Below, one piece after another: positions 43,111 through 57,000 of a DNA stretch of 64,000 bases. How positions within the stretch are numbered: position 1 is the first letter of the stretch; every line of letters begins with the position of its first letter. Source of the DNA: Eledone cirrhosa (Eukaryota); NCBI GenBank assembly GCA_964016885.1, contig OZ024758.1, forward strand, positions 34,720,001-34,784,000. The letters run 5' to 3'. A program made the translations under genes and the position numbers. The notes beneath the pieces were generated by a model. The model had not been told where the DNA came from and made no database searches. It saw nothing but the letters and a program-made list of their open reading frames with translations.

Positions 43111-46100
43111 AGAAGTAACTCCATTGTTGGTGAAAATTCATTTAAGTCATGGTACTAGCTGTCAGAAGTAACTCCAATGTTGGTGAGAATTCATTTAAGT
43201 CATGGTACTAGCTGTCAGAAGTAACTCCAATGTTGGTGAGAATTCATTTAAGTTCATGTTATTAGCTGTCAGAAGGAACTCCACTGTTGGTGAGAATACA
43301 TTTAAGTTCATGGTACTAGCTGTCAGAAGTAACCCCAATGTTGGTGAGAATTCATTTAAGTTCATGGTATTAGCTGTCAGAAGTCACTCCAATGTTGGTG
43401 AGAATTCATTTAAGTTCATGGTATTAGCTGTCAGAAGTAACTCCACTGTTGGTAAGAATTCATTTAAGTTCATGGTATTAGCTGTCAGAAGTAACTCCAC
43501 TGTTGGTGAGAATTCATTTAAGTTCATGGTATTAGCTGTCAGAAGGAACGCCACTGTTGGTGAGAATTCATTTAAGTTCATGGTATTAGCTGTCAGAAGT
43601 AACTCCACTGTTGGTGAGAATTCATTTAAGTTCATGGTACTAGCTGTCAGAAGTAACTCCAATGTTGGTCAGAATTCATTTAAGTTCATGGTATTAGCTG
43701 TCAGAAGGAACTCCACTGTTGCTGAGAATTCATTTAAGTTCATGGTATTAGCTGTCAGAAGTAACTCCACTGTTGGTGAGAATTCATTTAAGTTCATGGT
43801 ACTAGCTGTCAGAAGTAACTCCACTGTTGGTGAGAATTCATTTAAGTTCATGGTATTAGCTGTCAGAAGTCACTCCAACGTTGGTGAGAATTCATTTAAG
43901 TTCATGGTATTAGCTGTCAGAAGTCACTCCACTGTTGGTGAGAATTCATTTAAGTTCATGGTACTAGCTGTCAGAAGTAACCCCAATGTTGGTGAGAATT
44001 CATTTAAGTTCATGGTATTAGCTGTCAGAAGTCACTCCAATGTTGGTGAGAATTCATTTAAGTTCATGGTATTAGCTGTCAGAAGTAACTCCACTGTTGG
44101 TGAGAATTCATTTAAGTTCATGGTATTAGCTGTCAGAAGTAACTCCACTGTTGGTGAGAATTCATTTAAGTTCATGGTATTAGCTGTCAGAAGTAACTCC
44201 ACTGTTGGTGAGAATTCATTTAAGTTCATGGTATTAGCTGTCAGAAGGAACTCCAATGTTGGTGAGAATTCATTTAAGTCATGGTACTAGCTGTCAGAAG
44301 TAACTCCACTGTTGGTGAGAATTCATTTAAGTTCATGGTATTAGCTGTCAGAAGGAACGCCACTGTTGGTGAGAATTCATTTAAGTTCATGGTATTAGCT
44401 GTCAGAAGTAACTCCACTGTTGGTGAGAATTCATATAAGTTCATGGTACTAGCTGTCAGAAGTAACTCCAATGTTGGTGAGAATTCATTTAAGTTCATGG
44501 TATTAGCTGTCAGAACGAACTCCACTGTTGCTGAGAATTCATTTAAGTTCATGGTATTAGCTGTCAGAAGTAACTCCACTGTTGGTGAGAATTCATTTAA
44601 GTTCATGGTACTAGCTGTCAGAAGTAACTCCACTGTTGGTGAGAATTCATTTAAGTTCATGGTATTAGCTGTCAGAAGTCACTCCAATGTTGGTGAGAAT
44701 TCATTTAAGTTCATGGTATTAGCAGTCAGAAGTCAGTCCACTGTTGGTGAGAATTCATTTAAGTTCATGGTACTAGCTGTCAGAAGTAACCCCAATGTTG
44801 GTGAGAATTCATTTAAGTTCATGGTATTAGCTGTCAGAAGTCACTCCAATGTTGGTGAGAATTCATTTAAGTTCATGGTATTAGCTGTCAGAAGTAACTC
44901 CACTGTTGGTGAGAATTCATTTAAGTTCATGGTATTAGTTTGTCAGAAGTAACTCCACTGTTGGTGAGAATTCATTTAAGTCATGGTATTAGTTGTCAGA
45001 AGTAACTCCAATGTTGGTGAGAATTCATTTAAGTTCATGGTATTAGCTGTCAGAAGTCACTCCAATGTTGGTGAGAATTCATTTAAGTTCATGGTATTAG
45101 CAGTCAGAAGTCACTCCACTGTTGGTGAGAATTCATTTAAGTTCATGGTACTAGCTGTCAGAAGTAACCCCAATGTTGGTGAGAATTCATTTAAGTTCAT
45201 GGTATTAGCTGTCAGAAGTAACTCCACTGTTGGTGAGAATTCATTTAAGTCATGGTATTAGCTGTCAGAAGTAACTCCATTGTTGGTGAGAATTCATTTA
45301 AGTCATGGTACTAGCTGTCAGAAGTAACTCCAATGTTGGTGAGAATTCATTTAAGTCATGGTACTAGCTGTCAGAAGTAACTCCAATGTTGGTGAGAATT
45401 CATTTAAGTTCATGTTATTAGCTGTCAGAAGGAACTCCACTGTTGGTGAGAATACATTTAAGTTCATGGTACTAGCTGTCAGAAGTAACCCCAATGTTGG
45501 TGAGAATTCATTTAAGTTCATGGTATTAGCTGTCAGAAGTCACTCCAATGTTGGTGAGAATTCATTTAAGTTCATGGTATTAGCTGTCAGAAGTAACTCC
45601 ACTGTTGGTAAGAATTCATTTAAGTTCATGGTATTAGCTGTCAGAAGTAACTCCACTGTTGGTGAGAATTCATTTAAGTTCATGGTATTAGCTGTCAGAA
45701 GGAACGCCACTGTTGGTGAGAATTCATTTAAGTTCATGGTATTAGCTGTCAGAAGTAACTCCACTGTTGGTGAGAATTCATTTAAGTTCATGGTACTAGC
45801 TGTCAGAAGTAACTCCAATGTTGGTCAGAATTCATTTAAGTTCATGGTATTAGCTGTCAGAAGGAACTCCACTGTTGCTGAGAATTCATTTAAGTTCATG
45901 GTATTAGCTGTCAGAAGTAACTCCACTGTTGGTGAGAATTCATTTAAGTTCATGGTACTAGCTGTCAGAAGTAACTCCACTGTTGGTGAGAATTCATTTA
46001 AGTTCATGGTATTAGCTGTCAGAAGTCACTCCAACGTTGGTGAGAATTCATTTAAGTTCATGGTATTAGCTGTCAGAAGTCACTCCACTGTTGGTGAGAA

Positions 46101-47192
46101 TTCATTTAAGTTCATGGTACTAGCTGTCAGAAGTAACCCCAATGTTGGTGAGAATTCATTTAAGTTCATGGTATTAGCTGTCAGAAGTCACTCCAATGTT
46201 GGTGAGAATTCATTTAAGTTCATGGTATTAGCTGTCAGAAGTAACTCCACTGTTGGTGAGAATTCATTTAAGTTCATGGTATTAGCTGTCAGAAGTAACT
46301 CCACTGTTGGTGAGAATTCATTTAAGTTCATGGTATTAGCTGTCAGAAGTAACTCCACTGTTGGTGAGAATTCATTTAAGTTCATGGTATTAGCTGTCAG
46401 AAGGAACTCCAATGTTGGTGAGAATTCATTTAAGTCATGGTACTAGCTGTCAGAAGTAACTCCACTGTTGGTGAGAATTCATTTAAGTTCATGGTATTAG
46501 CTGTCAGAAGGAACGCCACTGTTGGTGAGAATTCATTTAAGTTCATGGTATTAGCTGTCAGAAGTAACTCCACTGTTGGTGAGAATTCATATAAGTTCAT
46601 GGTACTAGCTGTCAGAAGTAACTCCAATGTTGGTGAGAATTCATTTAAGTTCATGGTATTAGCTGTCAGAACGAACTCCACTGTTGCTGAGAATTCATTT
46701 AAGTTCATGGTATTAGCTGTCAGAAGTAACTCCACTGTTGGTGAGAATTCATTTAAGTTCATGGTACTAGCTGTCAGAAGTAACTCCACTGTTGGTGAGA
46801 ATTCATTTAAGTTCATGGTATTAGCTGTCAGAAGTCACTCCAATGTTGGTGAGAATTCATTTAAGTTCATGGTATTAGCAGTCAGAAGTCAGTCCACTGT
46901 TGGTGAGAATTCATTTAAGTTCATGGTACTAGCTGTCAGAAGTAACCCCAATGTTGGTGAGAATTCATTTAAGTTCATGGTATTAGCTGTCAGAAGTCAC
47001 TCCAATGTTGGTGAGAATTCATTTAAGTTCATGGTATTAGCTGTCAGAAGTAACTCCACTGTTGGTGAGAATTCATTTAAGTTCATGGTATTAGTTTGTC
47101 AGAAGTAACTCCACTGTTGGTGAGAATTCATTTAAGTCATGGTATTAGTTGTCAGAAGTAACTCCAATGTTGGTGAGAATTCATTTAAGTTC
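43096..47192. repeat. 40-monomer (2156 bp) block duplication, about 1.9 copies
   Basis: ORF starts 43202/45358, 44281/46437 and ends 44952/47108 are offset by 2156. Private marker TCATATAAG seen only at ~44431 and ~46587. Confidence 0.9.
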
Positions 47193-50100
47193 ATGGTATT
47201 AGCTGTCAGAAGGAACTCCACTGTTGGTGAGAATTCATTTAAGTTCATGGTATTAGCTGTCAGAAGGAACTCCAATGTTGGTGAGAATTCATTTAAGTCA
47301 TGGTACTAGCTGTCAGAAGTAACTCCACTGTTGGTGAGAATTCATTTAAGTTCATGGTATTAGCTGTCAGAAGGAACGCCACTGTTGGTGAGAATTCATT
47401 TAAGTTCATGGTATTAGCTGTCAGAAGTAACTCCACTGTTGGTGAGAATTCATTTAAGTTCATGGTACTAGCTGTCAGAATTAACTCCAATGTTGGTGAG
47501 AATTCATTTAAGTTCATGGTATTAGCTGTCAGAAGGAACTCCACTGTTGGTGAGAATTCATTTAAGTTCATGGTATTAGCTGTCAGAAGTAACTTCACTG
47601 TTGGTGAGAATTCATTTAAGTCATGGTATTAGCTGTCAGAAGTAACTCCATTGTTGGTGAGAATTCATTTAAGTCATGGTACTAGCTGTCAGAAGTAACT
47701 CCAATGTTGGTGAGAATTCATTTAAGTCATGGTACTAGCTGTCAGAAGTAACTCCAATGTTGGTGAGAATTCATTTAAGTTCATGTTATTAGCTGTCAGA
47801 AGGAACTCCACTGTTGGTGAGAATTCATTTAAGTTCATGGTATTAGCTGTCAGAAGTAACTCCACTGTTGGTGAGAATTCATTTAAGTTCATGGTATTAG
47901 CTGTCAGAAGTAACTCCACCGTTGGTGAGAATTCATTTAAGTTCATGGTACTAGCTGTCAGAAGTAACTCCAATGTTGGTGAGAATTCATTTAAGTTCAT
48001 GGTATTAGCTGTCAGAAGTAACTCCACTGTTGGTGAGAATTCATTTAAGTCATGGTATTAGCTGTCAGAAGTAACTCCACTGTTGGTGAGAATTCATTTA
48101 AGTTCATGGTATTAGCTGTCAGAAGTAACTCCACTGTTGGTGAGAATTCATTTAAGTCATGGTATTAGCTGTCAAAAGTAACTCCACTGTTGGTGAGAAT
48201 TCATTTAAGTTCATGGTATTAGCTGTCAGAAGTAACTCCACTGTTGGTGAGAATTCATTTAAGTTCATGGTATTAGCTGTCAGAAGTAACTCCACTGTTG
48301 GTGGGAATTCATTTAATTTCATGGTACTAGCTGTCAGAAGTAACTCCACTGTTGGTGAGAATTCATTTAAGTTCATGGTACTAGCTGTCAGAAGTAACTC
48401 CAATGTTGGTGAGAATTCATTTAAGTTCATGGTATTAGCTGTCAGAAGTAACTCCACTGTTGGTGAGAATTCATTTAAGTCATGGTATTAGCTGTCAGAA
48501 GTAACTCCAATGTTGGTCAGAATTCATTTAAGTTCATGGTATTAGCTGTCAGAAGGAACTCCACTGTTGCTGAGAATTCATTTAAGTTCATGGTATTAGC
48601 TGTCAGAAGTAACTCCACTGTTGGTGAGAATTCATTTAAGTTCATGGTACTAGCTGTCAGAAGTAACTCCACTGTTGGTGAGAATTCATTTAAGTTCATG
48701 GTATTAGCTGTCAGAAGTCACTCCAACGTTGGTGAGAATTCATTTAAGTTCATGGTATTAGCTGTCAGAAGTCACTCCACTGTTGGTGAGAATTCATTTA
48801 AGTTCATGGTACTAGCTGTCAGAAGTAACCCCAATGTTGGTGAGAAATCATTTAAGTTCATGGTATTAGCTGTCAGAAGTCACTCCAATGTTGGTGAGAA
48901 TTCATTTAAGTTCATGGTATTAGCTGTCAGAAGTAACTCCACTGTTGGTGAGAATTCATTTAAGTTCATGGTATTAGCTGTCAGAGTAACTCCACTGTTG
49001 GTGAGAATTCATTTAAGTTCATGGTATTAGCTGTCAGAAGTAACTCCACTGTTGGTGAGAATTCATTTAAGTTCATGGTATTAGCTGTCAGAAGGAACTC
49101 CAATGTTGGTGAGAATTCATTTAAGTCATGGTACTAGCTGTCAGAAGTAACTCCACTGTTGGTGAGAATTCATTTAAGTTCATGGTATTAGCTGTCAGAA
49201 GGAACGCCACTGTTGGTGAGAATTCATTTAAGTTCATGGTATTAGCTGTCAGAAGTAACTCCACTGTTGGTGAGAATTCATTTAAGTTCATGGTACTAGC
49301 TGTCAGAAGTAACTCCAATGTTGGTGAGAATTCATTTAAGTTCATGGTATTAGCTGTCAGAACGAACTCCACTGTTGCTGAGAATTCATTTAAGTTCATG
49401 GTATTAGCTGTCAGAAGTAACTCCACTGTTGGTGAGAATTCATTTAAGTTCATGGTACTAGCTGTCAGAAGTAACTCCACTGTTGGTGAGAATTCATTTA
49501 AGTTCATGGTATTAGCTGTCAGAAGTCACTCCAATGTTGGTGAGAATTCATTTAAGTTCATGGTATTAGCAGTCAGAAGTCAGTCCACTGTTGGTGAGAA
49601 TTCATTTAAGTTCATGGTACTAGCTGTCAGAAGTAACCCCAATGTTGGTGAGAATTCATTTAAGTTCATGGTATTAGCTGTCAGAAGTCACTCCAATGTT
49701 GGTGAGAATTCATTTAAGTTCATGGTATTAGCTGTCAGAAGTAACTCCACTGTTGGTGAGAATTCATTTAAGTTCATGGTATTAGTTTGTCAGAAGTAAC
49801 TCCACTGTTGGTGAGAATTCATTTAAGTCATGGTATTAGTTGTCAGAAGTAACTCCAATGTTGGTGAGAATTCATTTAAGTTCATGGTATTAGCTGTCAG
49901 AAGGAACTCCACTGTTGGTGAGAATTCATTTAAGTTCATGGTATTAGCTGTCAGAAGGAACTCCAATGTTGGTGAGAATTCATTTAAGTCATGGTACTAG
50001 CTGTCAGAAGTAACTCCACTGTTGGTGAGAATTCATTTAAGTTCATGGTATTAGCTGTCAGAAGGAACGCCACTGTTGGTGAGAATTCATTTAAGTTCAT

Positions 50101-53100
50101 GGTATTAGCTGTCAGAAGTAACTCCACTGTTGGTGAGAATTCATTTAAGTTCATGGTACTAGCTGTCAGAAGTAACTCCAATGTTGGTGAGAATTCATTT
50201 AAGTTCATGGTATTAGCTGTCAGAAGGAACTCCACTGTTGGTGAGAATTCATTTAAGTTCATGGTATTAGCTGTCAGAAGTAACTCCACTGTTGGTGAGA
50301 ATTCATTTAAGTCATGGTATTAGCTGTCAGAAGTAACTCCATTGTTGGTGAGAATTCATTTAAGTCATGGTACTAGCTGTCAGAAGTAACTCCAATGTTG
50401 GTGAGAATTCATTTAAGTCATGGTACTAGCTGTCAGAAGTAACTCCAATGTTGGTGAGAATTCATTTAGGTTCATGTTATTAGCTGTCAGAAGGAACTCC
50501 ACTGTTGGTGAGAATTCATTTAAGTTCATGGTATTAGCTGTCAGAAGTAACTCCACTGTTGGTGAGAATTCATTTAAGTTCATGGTATTAGCTGTCAGAA
50601 GTAACTCCACCGTTGGTGAGAATTCATTTAAGTTCATGGTACTAGCTGTCAGAAGTAACTCCAATGTTGGTGAGAATTCATTTAAGTTCATGGTATTAGC
50701 TGTCAGAAGTAACTCCACTGTTGGTGAGAATTCATTTAAGTCATGGTATTAGCTGTCAGAAGTAACTCCACTGTTGGTGAGAATTCATTTAAGTTCATGG
50801 TATTAGCTGTCAGAAGTAACTCCACTGTTGGTGAGAATTCATTTAAGTTCATGGTATTAGCTGTCAGAAGTAACTCCAATGTTGGTGAGAATTCATTTAA
50901 GTTCATGGTATTAGCTGTCAGAAGTAACTCCACTGTTGGTGAGAATTCATTTAAGTCATGGTATTAGCTGTCAAAAGTAACTCCACTGTTGGTGAGAATT
51001 CATTTAAGTTCATGGTATTAGCTGTCAGAAGTAACTCCACTGTTGGTGAGAATTCATTTAAGTTCATGGTATTAGCTGTCAGAAGTAACTCCACTGTTGG
51101 TGAGAATTCATTTAATTTCATGGTACTAGCTGTCAGAAGTAACTCCACTGTTGGTGAGAATTCATTTAAGTTCATGGTACTAGCTGTCAGAAGTAACTCC
51201 ACTGTTGGTGAGAATTCATTTAAGTTCATGGTATTAGCTGTCAGAAGGAACTCCACTGTTGCTGAGAATTCATTTAAGTTCATGGTATTAGCTGTCAGAA
51301 GTAACTCCACTGTTGGTGAGAATTCATTTAAGTTCATGGTACTAGCTGTCAGAAGTAACTCCACTGTTGGTGAGAATTCATTTAAGTTCATGGTATTAGC
51401 TGTCAGAAGTCACTCCAACGTTGGTGAGAATTCATTTAAGTTCATGGTATTAGCTGTCAGAAGTCACTCCACTGTTGGTGAGAATTCATTTAAGTTCATG
51501 GTACTAGCTGTCAGAAGTAACCCCAATGTTGGTGAGAAATCATTTAAGTTCATGGTATTAGCTGTCAGAAGTCACTCCAATGTTGGTGAGAATTCATTTA
51601 AGTTCATGGTATTAGCTGTCAGAAGTAACTCCACTGTTGGTGAGAATTCATTTAAGTTCATGGTATTAGCTGTCAGAAGTAACTCCACTGTTGGTGAGAA
51701 TTCATTTAAGTTCATGGTATTAGCTGTCAGAAGTAACTCCACTGTTGGTGAGAATTCATTTAAGTTCATGGTATTAGCTGTCAGAAGGAACTCCAATGTT
51801 GGTGAGAATTCATTTAAGTCATGGTACTAGCTGTCAGAAGTAACTCCACTGTTGGTGAGAATTCATTTAAGTTCATGGTATTAGCTGTCAGAAGGAACGC
51901 CACTGTTGGTGAGAATTCATTTAAGTTCATGGTATTAGCTGTCAGAAGTAACTCCACTGTTGGTGAGAATTCATTTAAGTTCATGGTACTAGCTGTCAGA
52001 AGTAACTCCAATGTTGGTGAGAATTCATTTAAGTTCATGGTATTAGCTGTCAGAACGAACTCCACTGTTGCTGAGAATTCATTTAAGTTCATGGTATTAG
52101 CTGTCAGAAGTAACTCCACTGTTGGTGAGAATTCATTTAAGTTCATGGAAACTAGCTGTCAGAAGTAACTCCACTGTTGGTGAGAATTCATTTAAGTTCA
52201 TGGTATTAGCTGTCAGAAGTCACTCCAATGTTGGTGAGAATTCATTTAAGTTCATGGTATTAGCAGTCAGAAGTCAGTCCACTGTTGGTGAGAATTCATT
52301 TAAGTTCATGGTACTAGCTGTCAGAAGTAACCCCAATGTTGGTGAGAATTCATTTAAGTTCATGGTATTAGCTGTCAGAAGTCACTCCAATGTTGGTGAG
52401 AATTCATTTAAGTTCATGGTATTAGCTGTCAGAAGTAACTCCACTGTTGGCGAGAATTCATTTAAGTTCATGGTATTAGTTTGTCAGAATTAACTCCACT
52501 GTTGGTGAGAATTCATTTAAGTCATGGTATTAGTTGTGAGAAGTAACTCCAATGTTGGTGAGAATTCATTTAAGTTCATGGTATTAGCTGTCAGAAGGAA
52601 CTCCACTGTTGGTGAGAATTCATTTAAGTTCATGGTATTAGCTGTCAGAAGGAACTCCAATGTTGGTGAGAATTCATTTAAGTCATGGTACTAGCTGTCA
52701 GAAGTAACTCCACTGTTGGTGAGAATTCATTTAAGTTCATGGTATTAGCTGTCAGAAGGAACGCCACTGTTGGTGAGAATTCATTTAAGTTCATGGTATT
52801 AGCTGTCAGAAGTAACTCCACTGTTGGTGAGAATTCATTTAAGTTCATGGTACTAGCTGTCAGAAGTAACTCCAATGTTGGTGAGAATTCATTTAAGTTC
52901 ATGGTATTAGCTGTCAGAAGGAACTCCACTGTTGGTGAGAATTCATTTAAGTTCATGGTATTAGCTGTCAGAAGTAACTCCACTGTTGGTGAGAATTCAT
53001 TTAAGTCATGGTATTAGCTGTCAGAAGTAACTCCATTGTTGGTGAGAATTCATTTAAGTCATGGTACTAGCTGTCAGAAGTAACTCCAATGTTGGTGAGA

Positions 53101-53930
53101 ATTCATTTAAGTCATGGTACTAGCTGTCAGAAGTAACTCCAATGTTGGTGAGAATTCATTTAAGTTCATGTTATTAGCTGTCAGAAGGAACTCCACTGTT
53201 GGTGAGAATTCATTTAAGTTCATGGTATTAGCTGTCAGAAGTAACTCCACCGTTGGTGAGAATTCATTTAAGTTCATGGTACTAGCTGTCAGAAGTAACT
53301 CCAATGTTGGTGAGAATTCATTTAAGTTCATGGTATTAGCTGTCAGAAGTAACTCCACTGTTGGTGAGAATTCATTTAAGTCATGGTATTAGCTGTCAGA
53401 AGTAACTCCACTGTTGGTGAGAATTCATTTAAGTTCATGGTATTAGCTGTCAGAAGTAACTCCACTGTTGGTGAGAATTCATTTAAGTTCATGGTACTAG
53501 CTGTCAGAAGTAACTCCAATGTTGGTGAGAATTCATTTAAGTTCATGGTATTAGCTGTCAGAAGTAACTCCACTGTTGGTGAGAATTCATTTAAGTCATG
53601 GTATTAGCTGTCAAAAGTAACTCCACTGTTGGTGAGAATTCATTTAGGTTCATGGTATTAGCTGTCAGAAGTAACTCCACTGTTGGTGAGAATTCATTTA
53701 AGTTCATGGTATTAGCTGTCAGAAGTAACTCCACTGTTGGTGAGAATTCATTTAATTTCATGGTACTAGCTGTCAGAAGTAACTCCACTGTTGGTGAGAA
53801 TTCATTTAAGTTCATGGTACTAGCTGTCAGAAGTAACTCCAATGTTGGTGAGAATTCATTTAAGTTCATGGTATTAGCTGTCAGAAGTAACTCCACTGTT
53901 GGTGAGAATTCATTTAAGTCATGCTATTAG
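46437..53930. repeat. ~50-monomer (2691-2694 bp) imperfect higher-order repeat, nearly 3 copies
   Basis: ORF starts 46437/49128/51821, 47300/49991/52685 and 47729/50420/53114. Marker GTCAAAAGT occurs once per copy (monomers 48159, 50958, 53598). Confidence 0.82.
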
Positions 53931-54028
53931 CTGTCAGAAGTAACTCCAGTGTTGGTGAGAATTCATTTAAGTTCATGGTATTAGCTGTCAGAAGGAACTC
54001 CACTGTTGGTGAGAATTCATTTAAGTTC

Positions 54029-57000
54029 ATGGTACTAGCTGTCAGAAGTAACTCCAATGTTGGTGAGAATTCATTTAAGTTCATGGTATTAGCTGTCAGA
54101 AGTAACTCCACTGTTGGTGAGTATTCATTTAAGTCATGGTATTAGCTGCCAGAAGTAACTCCACTGTTGGTGAGAATTCATTTAACTTCATGGTATTAGC
54201 TGTCAGAAGTAACTCCACTGTTGGTGAGAATTCATTTAAGTTCATGGTATTAGCTGTCAGAAGTAACTCCACAGTTGGTGAGAATTCATTTAAGTTCATG
54301 GTATTAGTTGGTCAGAAGTAACTCCACTGTTGGTGAGAATTCATTTAAGTCATGGTACTAGCTGTCAGAAGTAACTCCACTGTTGGTGAGAATTCATTTA
54401 AGTTCATGGTATTAGCTGTCAGAAGGAACGCCACTGTTGGTGAGATTTCATTTAAGTTCATGGTATTAGCTGTCAGAAGAAACTCCACTGTTGGTGAGAA
54501 TTCATTTAAGTTCATGGTACTAGCTGTCAGAAGTAACTCCAATGTTGGTGAGAATTCATTTAAGTTCATGGTATTAGCTGTCAGAAGGAACTCCACTGTT
54601 GGTGAGAATTCATTTAAGTTCATGGTATTAGCTGTCAGAAGTAACTCCACTGTTGGTGAGAATTCATTTAGGTCATGGTATTAGCTGTCAGAAGTAACTC
54701 CATTGTTGGTGAGAATTCATTTAAGTCATGGTACTAGCTGTCAGAAGTAACTCCAATGTTGGTGAGAATTCATTTAAGTCATGGTACTAGCTGTCAGAAG
54801 TAACTCCAATGTTGGTGAGAATTCATTTAAGTTCATGGTACTAGCTGTCAGAAGTAACTCCACTGTTGGTGAGAATTCATTTAAGTTCATGGTATTAGCT
54901 GTCAGAAGGAACGCCACTGTTGGTGAGAATTCATTTAAGTTCATGGTATTAGCTGTCAGAAGTAACTCCACTGTTGGTGAGAATTCATTTAAGTTCATGG
55001 TACTAGCTGTCAGAAGTAACTCCAATGTTGGTGAGAATTCATTTAAGTTCATGGTATTAGCTGTCAGAAGGAACTCCACTGTTGGTGAGAATTCATTTAA
55101 GTTCATGGTATTAGCTGTCAGAAGTAACTCCACTGTTGGTGAGAATTCATTTAAGTCATGGTATTAGCTGTCAGAAGTAACTCCATTGTTGGTGAGAATT
55201 CATTTAAGTCATGGTACTAGCTGTCAGAAGTAACTCCAATGTTGGTGAGAATTCATTTAAGTCATGGTACTAGCTGTCAGAAGTAACTCCAATGTTGGTG
55301 AGAATTCATTTAAGTTCATGTTATTAGCTGTCAGAAGGAACTCCACTGTTGGTGAGAATTCATTTAAGTTCATGGTATTAGCTGTCAGAAGTAACTCCAC
55401 TGTTGGTGAGAATTCATTTAAGTTCATGGTATTAGCTGTCAGAAGTAACTCCACCGTTGGTGAGAATTCATTTAAGTTCATGGTACTAGCTGTCAGAAGT
55501 AACTCCAATGTTGGTGAGAATTCATTTAAGTTCATGGTATTAGCTGTCAGAAGTAACTCCACTGTTGGTGAGAATTCATTTAATTCATGGTATTAGCTGT
55601 CAGAAGTAACTCCACTGTTGGTGAGAATTCATTTAAGTTCATGGTATTAGCTGTCAGAAGTAACTCCACTGTTGGTGAGAATTCATTTAAGTTCATGGTA
55701 CTAGCTGTCAGAAGTAACTCCAATGTTGGTGAGAATTCATTTAAGTTCATGGAATTAGCTGTCAGAAGTAACTCCACTGTTGGTGAGAATTCATTTAAGT
55801 CATGGTATTAGCTGTCAGAAGTAACTCCACTGTTGGTGAGAATTCATTTAATTTCATGGTACTAGCTGTCAGAAGTAACTCCACTGTTGGTGAGAATTCA
55901 TTTAAGTTCATGGTACTAGCTGTCAGAAGTAACTCCAATGTTGGTGAGAATTCATTTAAGTTCATGGTATTAGCTGTCAGAAGTAACTCCACTGTTGGTG
56001 AGAATTCCTTTAAGTCATGGTATTAGCTGTCAGAAGTAACTCCACTGTTGCTGAGAATTCATTTAAGTTCATGGTATTAGCTGTCAGAAGGAACTCCACT
56101 GTTGGTGAGAATTCATTTAAGTTCATGGTACTAGCTGTCAGAAGTAACTCCAATGTTGGTGAGAATTCATTTAAGTTCATGGTATTAGCTGTCAGAAGTA
56201 ACTCCACTGTTGGTGAGTATTCATTTAAGTCATGGTATTAGCTGCCAGAAGTAACTCCACTGTTGGTGAGAATTCATTTAACTTCATGGTATTAGCTGTC
56301 AGAAGTAACTCCACTGTTGGTGAGAATTCATTTAAGTTCATGGTATTAGCTGTCAGAAGTAACTCCACTGTTGGTGAGAATTCATTTAAGTTCATGGTAT
56401 TAGCTGTCAGAAGTAACTCCACTGTTGGTGAGAATTCATTTAATTTCATGGTACTAGCTGTCAGAAGTAACTCCACTGTTGGTGAGAATTCATTTAAGTT
56501 CATGGTACTAGCTGTCAGAAGTAACTCCAATGTTGGTGAGAATTCATTTAAGTTCATGGTATTAGCTGTCAGAAGTAACTCCACTGTTGGTGAGAATTCA
56601 TTTAAGTCATGGTATTAGCTGTCAGAAGTAACTCCAATGTTGGTCAGAATTCATTTAAGTTCATGGTATTAGCTGTCAGAAGGAACTCCACTGTTGCTGA
56701 GAATTCATTTAAGTTCATGGTATTAGCTGTCAGAAGTAACTCCACTGTTGGTGAGAATTCATTTAAGTTCATGGTACTAGCTGTCAGAAGTAACTCCACT
56801 GTTGGTGAGAATTCATTTAAGTTCATGGTATTAGCTGTCAGAAGTCACTCCAACGTTGGTGAGAATTCATTTAAGTTCATGGTATTAGCTGTCAGAAGTC
56901 ACTCCACTGTTGGTGAGATTTCATTTAAGTTCATGGTACTAGCTGTCAGAAGTAACCCCAATGTTGGTGAGAAATCATTTAAGTTCATGGTATTAGCTGT

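Noticed and set aside
7049-52160. Singleton indels (GTATTACTG ~7051, TCATTAAG ~9351, TCAGAGTAAC ~48981, ATGGAAACTAG ~52145)
   Set aside because: Each occurs once and is missing from the sister duplicated block. They could be recent mutations or consensus errors, mostly in short homopolymers, and cannot be interpreted without reads.
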